IMG/VR virus record: IMGVR_UViG_3300025274_000064
Coordinates: 1 to 24,653 of that record
Strand: one strand, 5' to 3'
Origin: a virus
Lineage: Duplodnaviria; Caudoviricetes
DNA: 24,653 nt
Below, piece after piece: positions 1 to 8,201 of the stretch (positions within the stretch are counted from its first letter, which is position 1; the number at the start of each line of letters is the position of its first letter). The translations under genes were made by a program, and so were the position numbers. Below the pieces are notes generated by a model. It did no database searches. It was not told the origin of the DNA and worked only from the letters and a program-made list of their open reading frames with translations.

Positions 1-61
1 ACAATTCGTTGATCCCTTGTTCGCCCGAAATGATGATCGTATTGGGTGGGTAGTCAGCCAT
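1..61 (-). CDS. 5' fragment of a gene running off the window (MADYPPNTIIISGEQGINEL...), probably a tail-completion/neck-region protein
   Basis: ATG at 61 preceded by GGGGGTAAG, directly after the terminator; frame open to the window edge. Function inferred from position only. Confidence 0.5.
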   Translation of the reverse strand, partial: MADYPPNTIIISGEQGINEL

Positions 62-70
62 CTTACCCCC

Positions 71-112
71 AAACAAAAAGCCCGGAGAACGCCATACAGC
101 GCGTCTCCGGGC
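71..112 (-). terminator. Intrinsic terminator/attenuator
   Basis: Minus strand GCCCGGAGA...TCTCCGGGC stem (112-104 / 88-80) followed by TTTTTGTTT. Confidence 0.75.
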
Positions 113-269
113 CTCTTTGGGCCTCTGTTACCTTCGGTTGTAGGACCGCCCCAACGGGCCTCTCAGGGCCACCAGGGGACTATTATGGGAAGGGGCCGGG
201 CCGGTTCTCTGGAGGGGGAGTCCCGGCCCTCCGCCAAACGATACCTGACCAGCATACCACCCGGCCTCT
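109..269 (-). repeat. Repeated AGAGGCCC / GAG(N1-2)CC motifs, candidate Com-binding sites
   Basis: GGGCCTCT on + at 109-116, 119-126 and 156-163; variants at 225-232 (GGAGGGCC) and 263-269 (AGAGGCC). Confidence 0.6.
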
Positions 270-471
270 AGTGGCTGTCAATCATCACCCCGCCCCGACC
301 GTCCGGGACGTAGTTAGGCTTGGGGGGTGCAAATACCGTTAAGGCTTTGCATTTGGATTGACGGCATTGGAGTTCTAGCCATCCTTTGAGACCGGTTAGG
401 TCACCCCGCCCTACTTTGCTGCCACAGGTCCCGCATAACAGCCAGGGGCCTATAGCCGGTGTATTAGGCAT
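268..471 (-). CDS. Mu Com-like zinc-ribbon RNA-binding regulator
   Basis: 67 aa, CGTCGSKVG...LELQCRQSKC matches the Com pattern CxxCx(K/R)LL...(I/L)E(I/L)xC..C; GAG:CC repeats lie downstream. Confidence 0.65.
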   Translation of the reverse strand: MPNTPAIGPWLLCGTCGSKVGRGDLTGLKGWLELQCRQSKCKALTVFAPPKPNYVPDGRGGVMIDSH

Positions 472-803
472 CTGCGGGCCGTCCCATAGGACTTGTCGGT
501 GTTGACGAATACAACCTCGTATAGCTGGCCGTTGTGGTCGACCCTGGCCGTCTCATCTACGTCCTGATCGTGGGCCACGGTCAACACGTATTCAGCGATC
601 ACGTCCTCCCGGCCCATGAACGGGGCTTCCTTGCCGGTACGCTCCGCTATCCGGGCCCTGATCCCCGCGTGGCTGATTGTGAAGGACCGATCCATCCCGC
701 CCCTGCCATCGCTAATAGCGTTCGGCGTCAACAGATCGACCGTTATATCCAGACTGGCCTCGACCGTCTCTCGGATTAGGGATAGCTGCCGTCCGTCAAG
801 CAT
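450..803 (-). CDS. Head-closure / head-tail joining protein (SPP1 gp16-like)
   Basis: 117 aa; DGRGG hairpin near the N-terminus and RVDHNGQLYEVV near the C-terminus; follows the adaptor gene; RBS GGGAGA. Confidence 0.7.
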   Translation of the reverse strand: MLDGRQLSLIRETVEASLDITVDLLTPNAISDGRGGMDRSFTISHAGIRARIAERTGKEAPFMGREDVIAEYVLTVAHDQDVDETARVDHNGQLYEVVFVNTDKSYGTARRCLIHRL

Positions 804-804
804 T

Positions 805-957
805 CTAGTTTCTCCCTAAGCGCAGGAATGTCGGGGGCTCTGGAGGGGGGCTGGCCACCGCACAGCCTGGACAGCCAAGGCGGCAGACCCAGGCAACTCG
901 CCCATCTGTCAGGACCCTCAACTCGGATAGCTGGTGGGCTACTGGAGGAACGGCCAC
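805..957 (-). CDS. Small hypothetical protein (H...C..GCPGC), 50 aa
   Basis: GTG at 957 after AGGAC; fills the gap between the adaptor and closure genes. Confidence 0.4.
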   Translation of the reverse strand: MAVPPVAHQLSELRVLTDGRVAWVCRLGCPGCAVASPPPEPPTFLRLGRN

Positions 958-1343
958 GTTTCGTCCTGCTGTGTGGCTGTCACAGCGTCGGCGTCGGTGT
1001 TCTGAGAGAACCCGTCCACCGGCGTGGGCATGACCACCACAGACGGGAGCGACTTCCGCCGCCACCTGGACGCTTGTTTCATCCAGTGTTCATACCGGGC
1101 TGATCGGCGAAAATTGGACCCGTCGGCGCTAAAGTCGAAGTCCTCGGCGGCCCGGTTAGCCATAGTCTCACAAGCCAACGCTATGGCCTTGTTGATGGTG
1201 ACCTCGGTAACTAGGAAGTCGTCCCACTCAGCGTCACTAAACAGCGCCACGTCGGTACCTACTCTGGTGTCCCCCATGTATCGGCGGCACCGGTTCCGGT
1301 CGGTGGTCGAAGTATCGTCGTATGTAGACGCTCCAATAGCCAT
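939..1343 (-). CDS. Head-tail adaptor/connector protein
   Basis: R(R/L)YMGDT...LFSDAEWDDFL...A.ACE pattern typical of phage adaptor proteins; TAATG coupling to the upstream gene. Confidence 0.65.
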   Translation of the reverse strand: MAIGASTYDDTSTTDRNRCRRYMGDTRVGTDVALFSDAEWDDFLVTEVTINKAIALACETMANRAAEDFDFSADGSNFRRSARYEHWMKQASRWRRKSLPSVVVMPTPVDGFSQNTDADAVTATQQDETWPFLQ

Positions 1344-1723
1344 TACGGTACCTCAATGACGACGTAGGCGATTACCTCATCGGTAACTGCATCGCCCTGG
1401 GCTATGCTTACCTCAACGGCCCCAGGGACAAAGAACTTGTCATAGGCCCCGGTCACCGCTGCCCCAGCATTATCTTCTACCTGGCGCCGGGGGTATTGCC
1501 ATCCGTCTGTATTGTTGTTGGTTAGGACCACGATGGTCTGTTCCCCCACGTCGCTGTTAGCCAACGCCTTGATGGTCGTGTCGGTGGTGGAGGGGGCACT
1601 GGTAAAGTCAACGTACACCCCTATGAAATAACAGGGCGGGACCGTCTCAACAGCGGACCCAGTGGCGGAGCCGGCAGACCCCGCCCCAGTTACCTTAATT
1701 TTCCTAGTCTCTAATCTTCCCAT
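1343..1723 (-). CDS. Hypothetical virion structural protein (beta-rich, 126 aa)
   Basis: Thr/Val/Ala/Gly-rich; lies in the head-completion module; RBS GAGGG. Confidence 0.6.
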   Translation of the reverse strand: MGRLETRKIKVTGAGSAGSATGSAVETVPPCYFIGVYVDFTSAPSTTDTTIKALANSDVGEQTIVVLTNNNTDGWQYPRRQVEDNAGAAVTGAYDKFFVPGAVEVSIAQGDAVTDEVIAYVVIEVP

Positions 1724-1740
1724 CTTGCCCTCTGCTAAAC

Positions 1741-1765
1741 GGCCCCCAGGGGTTAGCTGGGGGCC
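1741..1765 (-). terminator. GC-rich hairpin (weak terminator or RNA-stability element)
   Basis: GGCCCCCAG-7 nt-CTGGGGGCC perfect 9-bp stem; only GTTT follows on the minus strand. Confidence 0.45.
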
Positions 1766-1797
1766 TGATTGCTACTACCTGTTGGTCGCAGGGTGGG

Positions 1798-2442
1798 TTA
1801 GACCGGGACTTCTTCCCACTCGATGCAAGAGTTATAGAGCGCAACGGAAGCTAGGCGCCCAGCGACCCAGACCATAGTACCGGGATATACGTCGACCGAC
1901 CCATGGAACAGATGGTCAATACGGCTGATACCGTTGGCGGTGGCGTCAGCTTCAACACCGGACCCACCCAGCCCCCGGACGGCCTCTTCCGCTACCCCGG
2001 CGACGATGGTCACAGTCCCGGCGTTAGAGGACCTTACCTGGGTAGCGGCTCCGCCGCCACGACCAGCCAGGGCGTTGATTTCGCTTAGACGACCGCTGAT
2101 GGGCTTTGTCTCCGCAAAAGCGGTGATTTCATGGGCGGTGGCTACGTTAGAGCCCATTTGGGTCCGGGCCATAAGGTTGAACGAGTTTACGGCTGCCGTA
2201 CCGCTTACCCGGTTGGTGGTGAACCGAACTAGCCGGACGATTACGCCGGAGTCCGCAGGGTTCCAGATCGGCAGCCCGCCGACGATGGCGGTGGCTGTAT
2301 AGATCGGGATAGCCAACCCCAACGGCGTAACCATCTGGGAAAAGTAGTTACCGTTCGCTGCCTTGGCATCACCTGCGGTAGTGCGTAGCGCCCGCCCTTC
2401 TAGTACGTCGGCGTCCAGTCCTTCAATGATGATTCTAGCCAT
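1798..2442 (-). CDS. Hypothetical virion structural protein (214 aa)
   Basis: RBS AGGAG; beta-rich Ala/Gly/Thr composition; C-terminal EWEEVP; located in the head module. Confidence 0.65.
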   Translation of the reverse strand: MARIIIEGLDADVLEGRALRTTAGDAKAANGNYFSQMVTPLGLAIPIYTATAIVGGLPIWNPADSGVIVRLVRFTTNRVSGTAAVNSFNLMARTQMGSNVATAHEITAFAETKPISGRLSEINALAGRGGGAATQVRSSNAGTVTIVAGVAEEAVRGLGGSGVEADATANGISRIDHLFHGSVDVYPGTMVWVAGRLASVALYNSCIEWEEVPV

Positions 2443-2471
2443 GTCTGTTCACGCTCCTGTTACCCGCCGAA

Positions 2472-2858
2472 CTATTCATCATCGGTCGGGTTGAATCGCT
2501 CCCCATCGGGGAACAGATCGTCGCTGTTTGCCACGGCCACGATGGCCCGGCGAATTTCATTCTGGTCCCTGAGTAAGTCCGTTAATAGCTGGCAGACTTC
2601 CTCCAGTCGTTCGTTGGTATCCTCGACGCCTTCCATTTCCAGCCAGACCTTTTCATCAGCGTCGTAGATAAACCTGTCCCCACGATCTGGCGTAGGCCCC
2701 ACGATAGTACAGATCGACCCTGTTTGGATGGAAGGGTAGACCACAGCCCCCACGAGGCCCGGTCCAGTATTCGCCTTGGGTAGCGGTACCTGGTCCGGGA
2801 ATCGCTCCCCGGACGTTTTGTAGTACCGACGGGATTCCCGCGTCTTTTCAAAGGCCAT
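2472..2858 (-). CDS. Hypothetical protein (128 aa) with C-terminal helical segment
   Basis: RBS AAGGGGGA; colinear with neighbours. Confidence 0.65.
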   Translation of the reverse strand: MAFEKTRESRRYYKTSGERFPDQVPLPKANTGPGLVGAVVYPSIQTGSICTIVGPTPDRGDRFIYDADEKVWLEMEGVEDTNERLEEVCQLLTDLLRDQNEIRRAIVAVANSDDLFPDGERFNPTDDE

Positions 2859-2870
2859 CGGTTATCCCCC

Positions 2871-3968
2871 TTAGTCGTCGACCGACGGGGTCTTGACTTG
2901 GGTTTCGGCTTCGTTTCCAACTTCAATGTAATTGACGTTATCGTGCGCCATCCCTGTCTGTACGGTAGCGGCGTCGATAGTCGCCAAGTCCGAGAAGATG
3001 GTTACATTCCGAATTATGCCGGTGTTGGCGCCGTCGCCCTGTATGCCTGGTTCCGCATCGGACGTTATTACGCCTTCCTCGATTAGGGACCGGGTAGAGA
3101 CACCGGTGAATAAGATACCCGCTACGGCAGCCGCTCCGGTAATCTCAATCCAGAAGTGACCGATATAAACCCGGTCGCTTATCCCGTTGACGTGGACGGC
3201 CTGTTCCGCACCAGCAGCGGAGGCATGATGATAATATTCTAAGCCGATTATCTTCGTCCCGGTGCAGGTCGCTTTTAATTCGATGCCGGTTACGAATTCG
3301 TCGGTTCCGTCGCCCGCTTCCCCAGGTAGAAACTCTAAGTCCTCTAGCCGAGTGTGGGTAACGGTCGCCTCTATGTCAATGCCAATCAAGACGGCAGTAA
3401 CCGAGGGGCGAAAAGTCCAGTTACGGACCATCACTCCGTTGGCACCGATATCCAGGCTGGCGTTGGCGTGGTCATAATCTATCCGGGGCCGATCTGGTCC
3501 GTTCCCCATGCCTATGATGCTAATACCGGCTACGTCTGCGTCAATCTGTGCGTCGCCGATAGAATCCACATGGCCAGGGTATCCCAGGATAATGTCGCCG
3601 TTGTTCGCCGTACATCGACCTATGGCCGCGTCGAGTGTCGCCATGGGAAACCGCGGGTCGGTCCCATCGTTGCCGTCGTTAGCGTTAGTGTGACCGGAAT
3701 CAAGATGGATAACGTCCCCGCCTGTCACTGGTAAGTTTCCACCGCCGACGGGAACCCCCCTGCTACGGATGCCCTGGGGGTAATTGGTTTGTCCACCGGC
3801 CACGGGTAGCAGCGCCCAGTGCCCCAAACGTCTCCAGGTCTGGGCCTTGGCCCTCTGGACCTGGTATTCTTGGCGAATCATGGCCCCCACCCCAACCAAC
3901 ACAGTAAGGACGGCGACCAAGACAGCCAGTGCCAGGTTAACCCGGTGGGCCTGTCTTAGTTTACGCAT
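2871..3968 (-). CDS. Right-handed beta-helix (pectate-lyase-like) virion protein with N-terminal TM leader
   Basis: Strong RBS GGAGG. D.G...ANDGNDG....PMATLDAAI..C.ANNGDII.GYPGH cap followed by GISIIG and GVMVRN repeats. Hydrophobic residues 12-29. Confidence 0.7.
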   Translation of the reverse strand: MRKLRQAHRVNLALAVLVAVLTVLVGVGAMIRQEYQVQRAKAQTWRRLGHWALLPVAGGQTNYPQGIRSRGVPVGGGNLPVTGGDVIHLDSGHTNANDGNDGTDPRFPMATLDAAIGRCTANNGDIILGYPGHVDSIGDAQIDADVAGISIIGMGNGPDRPRIDYDHANASLDIGANGVMVRNWTFRPSVTAVLIGIDIEATVTHTRLEDLEFLPGEAGDGTDEFVTGIELKATCTGTKIIGLEYYHHASAAGAEQAVHVNGISDRVYIGHFWIEITGAAAVAGILFTGVSTRSLIEEGVITSDAEPGIQGDGANTGIIRNVTIFSDLATIDAATVQTGMAHDNVNYIEVGNEAETQVKTPSVDD

Positions 3969-3991
3969 TTGATTTCCTCCCTTGGGTCTCA

Positions 3992-4009
3992 GGCCGGAAC
4001 TACCCGGCC
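3992..4009 (-). other. Hairpin between major capsid and beta-helix genes
   Basis: GGCCGG-6 nt-CCGGCC; no U-tract. Confidence 0.35.
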
Positions 4010-4025
4010 CCTAGCCCTGTGTTAC

Positions 4026-4952
4026 TTAGGATGGGTTCTGGCCGTGAATCCAGCGCCAATCGGTCCAGCCGATGCCATACCGCATGTATCCCACGAACTT
4101 GGACAGCATGGAGTCGAAGTTCTTTTCCTGGTTGAACTCCGGGCGGACCCGCCACTGGAATTTGAGCATCTGTTTCATCTTCCGGCTGTCGATCAGGAAC
4201 CAGGCGTTGGCGTCGGTAAGCCTGTTCCAGACCACAGGGCGGATGCGACCAGCGAACATATTAACGTCGAACTGGGCCGACCCCGGTTCGTACAGGGCCC
4301 GCTCATTCACGATCTGGGTAGCTGTGCGCTCCAGTTCGGAGGGTACCAGCAACATATCGGGGTTTACCCCCACCAGTTCGCCCTTGTCATCGGTGTAGTT
4401 CCGCATAAGCTGGCGGGTAGTATCCAAGTTGGGGAGACTCAACGCCAGGGTTCCTTCGTTGGATTGAGTGTTCCCAGTGTTAACCGGACTCTGTGGGTGG
4501 GCTGTGGACAACAGTCCCACAGCATCAGCACCGTCCGTGGACGCGCCCATCCGGTTGGTCCCTGCATCGGTAAAGCCATTGATAAAGACGTTGGCCGCGT
4601 CGGTCTCAATGGTGTTTGCGAAGGCCAGGCCGAGGTTACGAGCCCTGGTCTCTATGGCGTTGTATTGATCGTCATCCACCAGTTCCCGCTCGACTTGCAT
4701 ACCCTTGGCAAACTGGTAGTTACGAATGTCCACCCGGTAACCGGCGTCAAAGTCCTCGTAAGGGACTGTGCCATTCCAGGGCGGCACCAGGCCGATGGCC
4801 CCCATGCCCTGGTAATGCTCGGTAAACTTGGTGGAAACGGATTGACCGAACAACATCTCCATAAGTGGGTCCGGTCGCCCCAGTTCCTCAAAGAACCAGA
4901 CCCGGAGGCCCGGCTCTAATAGGTCTGCAAAGCTCCCTGCTGAAAGTACCAT
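4026..4952 (-). CDS. Major capsid protein, Mu gpT-like family
   Basis: FADLLEPGLR, ELVDDDQY, DAVGLLSTAHP, PDMLLVPSELE, RLTDANAWFLID and RYGIGWTDWR motifs; RBS GGGAGA. Confidence 0.9.
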   Translation of the reverse strand: MVLSAGSFADLLEPGLRVWFFEELGRPDPLMEMLFGQSVSTKFTEHYQGMGAIGLVPPWNGTVPYEDFDAGYRVDIRNYQFAKGMQVERELVDDDQYNAIETRARNLGLAFANTIETDAANVFINGFTDAGTNRMGASTDGADAVGLLSTAHPQSPVNTGNTQSNEGTLALSLPNLDTTRQLMRNYTDDKGELVGVNPDMLLVPSELERTATQIVNERALYEPGSAQFDVNMFAGRIRPVVWNRLTDANAWFLIDSRKMKQMLKFQWRVRPEFNQEKNFDSMLSKFVGYMRYGIGWTDWRWIHGQNPS

Positions 4953-4993
4953 TTTTCAATTCTCCCTATGAACGAATGACCCTTGTTAACTAC

Positions 4994-5452
4994 CTAAAAG
5001 TAGATGTGTTCGGCTTGAACGATCATAAACCGGGTCGGATCGGCGTTCTGTTCCTTCCGGCCAATGACCCGAACGTCGCTGTTTGAGTCGGCTGCCAATG
5101 CCATTGCTCCGGTAGCCCCGGAGATATCCAGAGTAACCCCCAGGTTCCGGGCATTGGTGTCGTCTACGTCCTCATACACGGCGTCAGGGCTCACAAGGAC
5201 TTTTACCCTGGTTACCGCCGTGGTTCCGGCGACTACGCCAGGCTGTCCAACGGTAGCGTCCGCTGGGTTTTCCGGCCCTTGCATGAGGCCGATCATATCG
5301 GCGTCATTGGTAGCCGCCAGGTCCGCCCGTCCGTTGGTCTGTGCGGATAGTAGGTCTCCCTTGGTAAGTGTTTCGGTGTCCTGCATAACCAGAACATCGA
5401 TCTGGGGGCGGCCCCCGTAGAGGTTGTAAGCCCAGTTAAAGCCTTGTGCCAT
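4994..5452 (-). CDS. Capsid decoration/cement-like protein
   Basis: 152 aa between scaffold and MCP; MAQGF...TLTKGDLL pattern; RBS GGGAGG. Confidence 0.65.
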   Translation of the reverse strand: MAQGFNWAYNLYGGRPQIDVLVMQDTETLTKGDLLSAQTNGRADLAATNDADMIGLMQGPENPADATVGQPGVVAGTTAVTRVKVLVSPDAVYEDVDDTNARNLGVTLDISGATGAMALAADSNSDVRVIGRKEQNADPTRFMIVQAEHIYF

Positions 5453-5464
5453 CTTGGCCTCCCG

Positions 5465-6094
5465 TTACTGTGTCCTGTTCCCTGCCAACGACTCGGCATA
5501 CTTGTCCTCTGGGATACCCATCCTCTGGGCGGTTGCCCGCTGGGCTTCGGTCAGAGGTACCGGGGTGTTGGCCGGGTCTCCAGGTCCACGATTCATGTTG
5601 GGGGCGGGGTTCGATGCGGGGGTCCCTTTGAGGTAGGGCTTGGCAGCTACCAGGTTCGTTAGGGCCTCATCGGTGCCTGTTACGCCTTCCTCCGGTGTAT
5701 ACCGGACCTTCCCCCGATCTATCAGCGCCAGGGCGGCCTCCGGGTCAATGATCCCGGCCATTACCGCCTTGGTCTTAACGTCCGCCGATATCATTACATC
5801 GGCGATGGTTCCCTCTAGCCGCGCCTTGCTCTGTTGCTCGGTGGCTAGTTCCTTTTGCAGCCGTTCGGTCTCGGTCATATTGGCCCTTTCCAGTTCGTCG
5901 GCCTTGGCCGCCTTGGCCTTCAACTCCTCCAGCTCGGAGTCTGGCATGGCCTTGGCCGCTTCCTCTCGACGGGCCGCCGCCGCCATAGCGTTGGCCTGTT
6001 CCTGGGTCACCATTCCCGCCGGGGGCGTAGTGGCCGGTGGATTACTGGCGGGGTCCTTATTTGGTTCCGGGTCCTTGACCTCTGGCTGTGTCAT
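5465..6094 (-). CDS. Capsid scaffolding protein
   Basis: Pro-rich N-terminus, TQEQ, coiled coil ELKAKAAKADELERANMTETERLQ, DPEAAL, KPYL; directly upstream of the capsid genes. Confidence 0.85.
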   Translation of the reverse strand: MTQPEVKDPEPNKDPASNPPATTPPAGMVTQEQANAMAAAARREEAAKAMPDSELEELKAKAAKADELERANMTETERLQKELATEQQSKARLEGTIADVMISADVKTKAVMAGIIDPEAALALIDRGKVRYTPEEGVTGTDEALTNLVAAKPYLKGTPASNPAPNMNRGPGDPANTPVPLTEAQRATAQRMGIPEDKYAESLAGNRTQ

Positions 6095-6111
6095 TTCTTC
6101 GCCTCATTTTT

Positions 6112-6275
6112 GACCGCCAGGTGGGGCGGTAATCTCCCGGTTACTGCCGGGGTCAGAACGATGGGCAAAAAATAAGGCCCCTTGTGGGGACCCTAGACTC
6201 CGGCGGGGATTGCTCCCGGCCTGCATCGGGGTCAGCCACAAGGGGCCTGTTGCTCAGGTTGCCCTTCGCTAAGGG
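6112..6275 (-). promoter_or_regulatory. Structured intergenic RNA element (multi-stem attenuator-like leader)
   Basis: 13-bp perfect stem 6175-6187/6236-6248 enclosing nested stems, then TATTTTTT; two more hairpins before the scaffold RBS. Confidence 0.6.
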
Positions 6276-6449
6276 TTATTCTAGGGCCGGGTCCTTACAC
6301 TTGTCAATCCTTCCAATCTCCGTAAGACTCCAGGACACGATTTGTCCGGCCTTGATGTTCAAGGTGATGTTGCCATGCTTCTGGTCCCGGATGAAGCCCA
6401 GAATCGCTTCGTAGAGGGGCGGGGGCACATCTACAGCGGTGTCCGCCAT
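6276..6449 (-). CDS. DUF2292/YezD-like small protein (57 aa)
   Basis: HGNITLNIKAGQIV matches G.(I/V)....(D/A)G.(I/V)V; ATG 6449 lies just after the upstream stop. Confidence 0.6.
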   Translation of the reverse strand: MADTAVDVPPPLYEAILGFIRDQKHGNITLNIKAGQIVSWSLTEIGRIDKCKDPALE

Positions 6450-6451
6450 CC

Positions 6452-7078
6452 CTACCCTCTGGCCCATTCCAGAATGCGTTGGTGGGGCGTCTCCCCCAGG
6501 TCCGCCATTACGGTGACCAGTTCGCGGGATAGCTGCCGATAATTGTAGACCCGTTGGCCGGTGATAATGGACGCCTCGGCCTTTCGGGCAGCGGTACGGT
6601 TGACCCTGCCATCCTGGGTTTTGATATCCAGGCTGTACTTGTGCATCCCCGGCAGACCAGTCTCTACAATGCCCGGCCCGGCCCAAGGGCTCTCGTCGAC
6701 CCCGTAGAAGAACATCGCCACGCCTTCCTTGATTTCCTTGGAGGTCTCATTGACACGAGCCGCCTCGGCAGCCGTCGCGGTACCGTCCAGGATATCGTCC
6801 ACCCAAGCCGTCCGCAGAACCTTGTTGTTGACCAGGATGCCGTAGAGGTTTTTAGCGATATTGGAAACGGCGAACTCCGGGACTGTCATATCAGCGATAT
6901 GGACCAGTTCATGTAACAGAACCTCGGCCTGGCGCGTCTTGGGCAGAGTCCCGTCGATGATAATCAGGTTGTCCGCTTCGTCGGTTTCCCCAAGAATGCT
7001 GCGGTTTTTCCGGTCCCCGCCGATGGGGTCCTTGGTCTTGACGATGCGCCACTTCTGTCCGGCGTGTTCGATGCTCAT
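6452..7078 (-). CDS. HExxH zincin-like metallopeptidase domain protein
   Basis: LGET.....IIID.......EVLLHELVH; ATGA coupling; RBS GGGAG. Confidence 0.65.
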   Translation of the reverse strand: MSIEHAGQKWRIVKTKDPIGGDRKNRSILGETDEADNLIIIDGTLPKTRQAEVLLHELVHIADMTVPEFAVSNIAKNLYGILVNNKVLRTAWVDDILDGTATAAEAARVNETSKEIKEGVAMFFYGVDESPWAGPGIVETGLPGMHKYSLDIKTQDGRVNRTAARKAEASIITGQRVYNYRQLSRELVTVMADLGETPHQRILEWARG

Positions 7079-7209
7079 TGTCCACTCCCGAATGACCGGA
7101 TGTTAGCCCAATTACCTGTGTGCAGAGAACGATAAATGGCCCTAGCGTAAGGTGTATGCCAACGCCCCAAGACCACTGCCCGTTGCAGAAACCGCAGCCA
7201 GTCAATCAC
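7075..7209 (-). CDS. Small hypothetical protein (44 aa, MIDWLRFLQRAVV...)
   Basis: Translated by hand; GTG after AAGGGGA; its TGA overlaps the ATG of 7078. Confidence 0.5.
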   Translation of the reverse strand: MIDWLRFLQRAVVLGRWHTPYARAIYRSLHTGNWANIRSFGSGQ

Positions 7210-7355
7210 TACTTGTTCCCCTTTAGCCGTTTGTCTTTCGGTGGCCCAGGTTTGACACGACCACTAGGGGACTTGGGCTTTCCTCCGTGACTACCTGGGT
7301 GTCCCTTTTGCGCTGTGCCCGCTCGGCTAGAACTTCCTCCGTTGGCTTTACCCAT
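7209..7355 (-). CDS. Possible small basic Gly/Lys/Pro-rich protein overlapping the 7223-7588 gene
   Basis: MGKANGG...KPGPPKDKRLKGNK; GGAGG upstream; TAG coupled to the next GTG. Confidence 0.35.
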   Translation of the reverse strand: MGKANGGSSSRAGTAQKGHPGSHGGKPKSPSGRVKPGPPKDKRLKGNK

Positions 7356-7588
7356 AGCCTTGCTGCCTCCGTTACGAGTCCGTCCTTGCCCATGATCGGG
7401 GCGTGGTCGGCTGCGTCGAATGGGTCCAGGGGTTCGTCGTTCCGTTCGTTCTCTTTGTAGTGGTTCTGTTCCAGGCCACAGGATTGACACCGCCGTAGGA
7501 CCAGACCCAGCACAGGATAGGCGATCCCCTGTTCCTCGGTCAACGTCGCCAGTACCAGGCTGGAACTTTTACACCTGTAGCAGTTCAA
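7223..7588 (-). CDS. Zinc-ribbon hypothetical protein
   Basis: CYRC...CQSC; TTG start right after the upstream stop. Confidence 0.55.
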   Translation of the reverse strand: MNCYRCKSSSLVLATLTEEQGIAYPVLGLVLRRCQSCGLEQNHYKENERNDEPLDPFDAADHAPIMGKDGLVTEAARLWVKPTEEVLAERAQRKRDTQVVTEESPSPLVVVSNLGHRKTNG

Positions 7589-7589
7589 G

Positions 7590-8201
7590 CTAACCCTTGC
7601 CCCTGGCCGCGTGGGCCTGCTCGGCTATGTTCCCGCCGGTGGTCGTACAAGTCGTCCCTGGGGCCGCGTCACAGGTCGGACAATGGAACGACATGGCGTC
7701 GGTCTCGTTTTCTTCCTCTGGGCTCTGGAGGGGCGCTACTGGCTCTACCGGCCTTCCTGGGTGGGACGCCGCCCAGGCCGTCGCCGCCTGGCGGGTCTCT
7801 ATTTCCTCGGCAATCTCGATTAGCAAGGTAATGTCGTTCTCGGCCTTGGCTTTCTCTGCCCGATCCGCCAGGTCGTCGAACGACCACCCGTCAAACCCCA
7901 TACCAGGCTTATGGACCAATTCGGGTTCTTCCGGTTCCGGCGCCTCAATGACCAGGGGCCGCCCCAGGGCATTGGCTACCCTGGCCGCTCCCTCTACCGC
8001 GTCCGCCGTTAAGAACATAGCGTGACACTTGGGACAGACCGGGTGATGGTCTGATACCTGGCTAGCGTGGTCACAGAACGGGCACCACCGGGTTGGGGGC
8101 CTGGTGGCCCGGCTTACCCGAATGATCGGGACGGGCCTGGTGGTGCCAACTGACTGGGCGTAGTATTCCACAGGTTCACCGTTTGTTGTTAGCGTAGTCA
8201 T
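7590..8201 (-). CDS. Hypothetical protein with two zinc-finger modules
   Basis: CPFC..CPKC and a C-terminal CPTCDAAPGTTC...H..R finger; RBS GGAGG; ATGA coupling. Confidence 0.7.
   Translation of the reverse strand: MTTLTTNGEPVEYYAQSVGTTRPVPIIRVSRATRPPTRWCPFCDHASQVSDHHPVCPKCHAMFLTADAVEGAARVANALGRPLVIEAPEPEEPELVHKPGMGFDGWSFDDLADRAEKAKAENDITLLIEIAEEIETRQAATAWAASHPGRPVEPVAPLQSPEEENETDAMSFHCPTCDAAPGTTCTTTGGNIAEQAHAARGKG

Noticed and set aside
109-163. GGGCCTCT repeats as a CRISPR or mini-array
   Set aside because: Only 8 bp, irregular spacing, no cas genes.
6175-6248. tRNA or tRNA-like gene (74-nt structured unit)
   Set aside because: No T-loop GTTC, D-loop or CCA; 13-bp closing stem.
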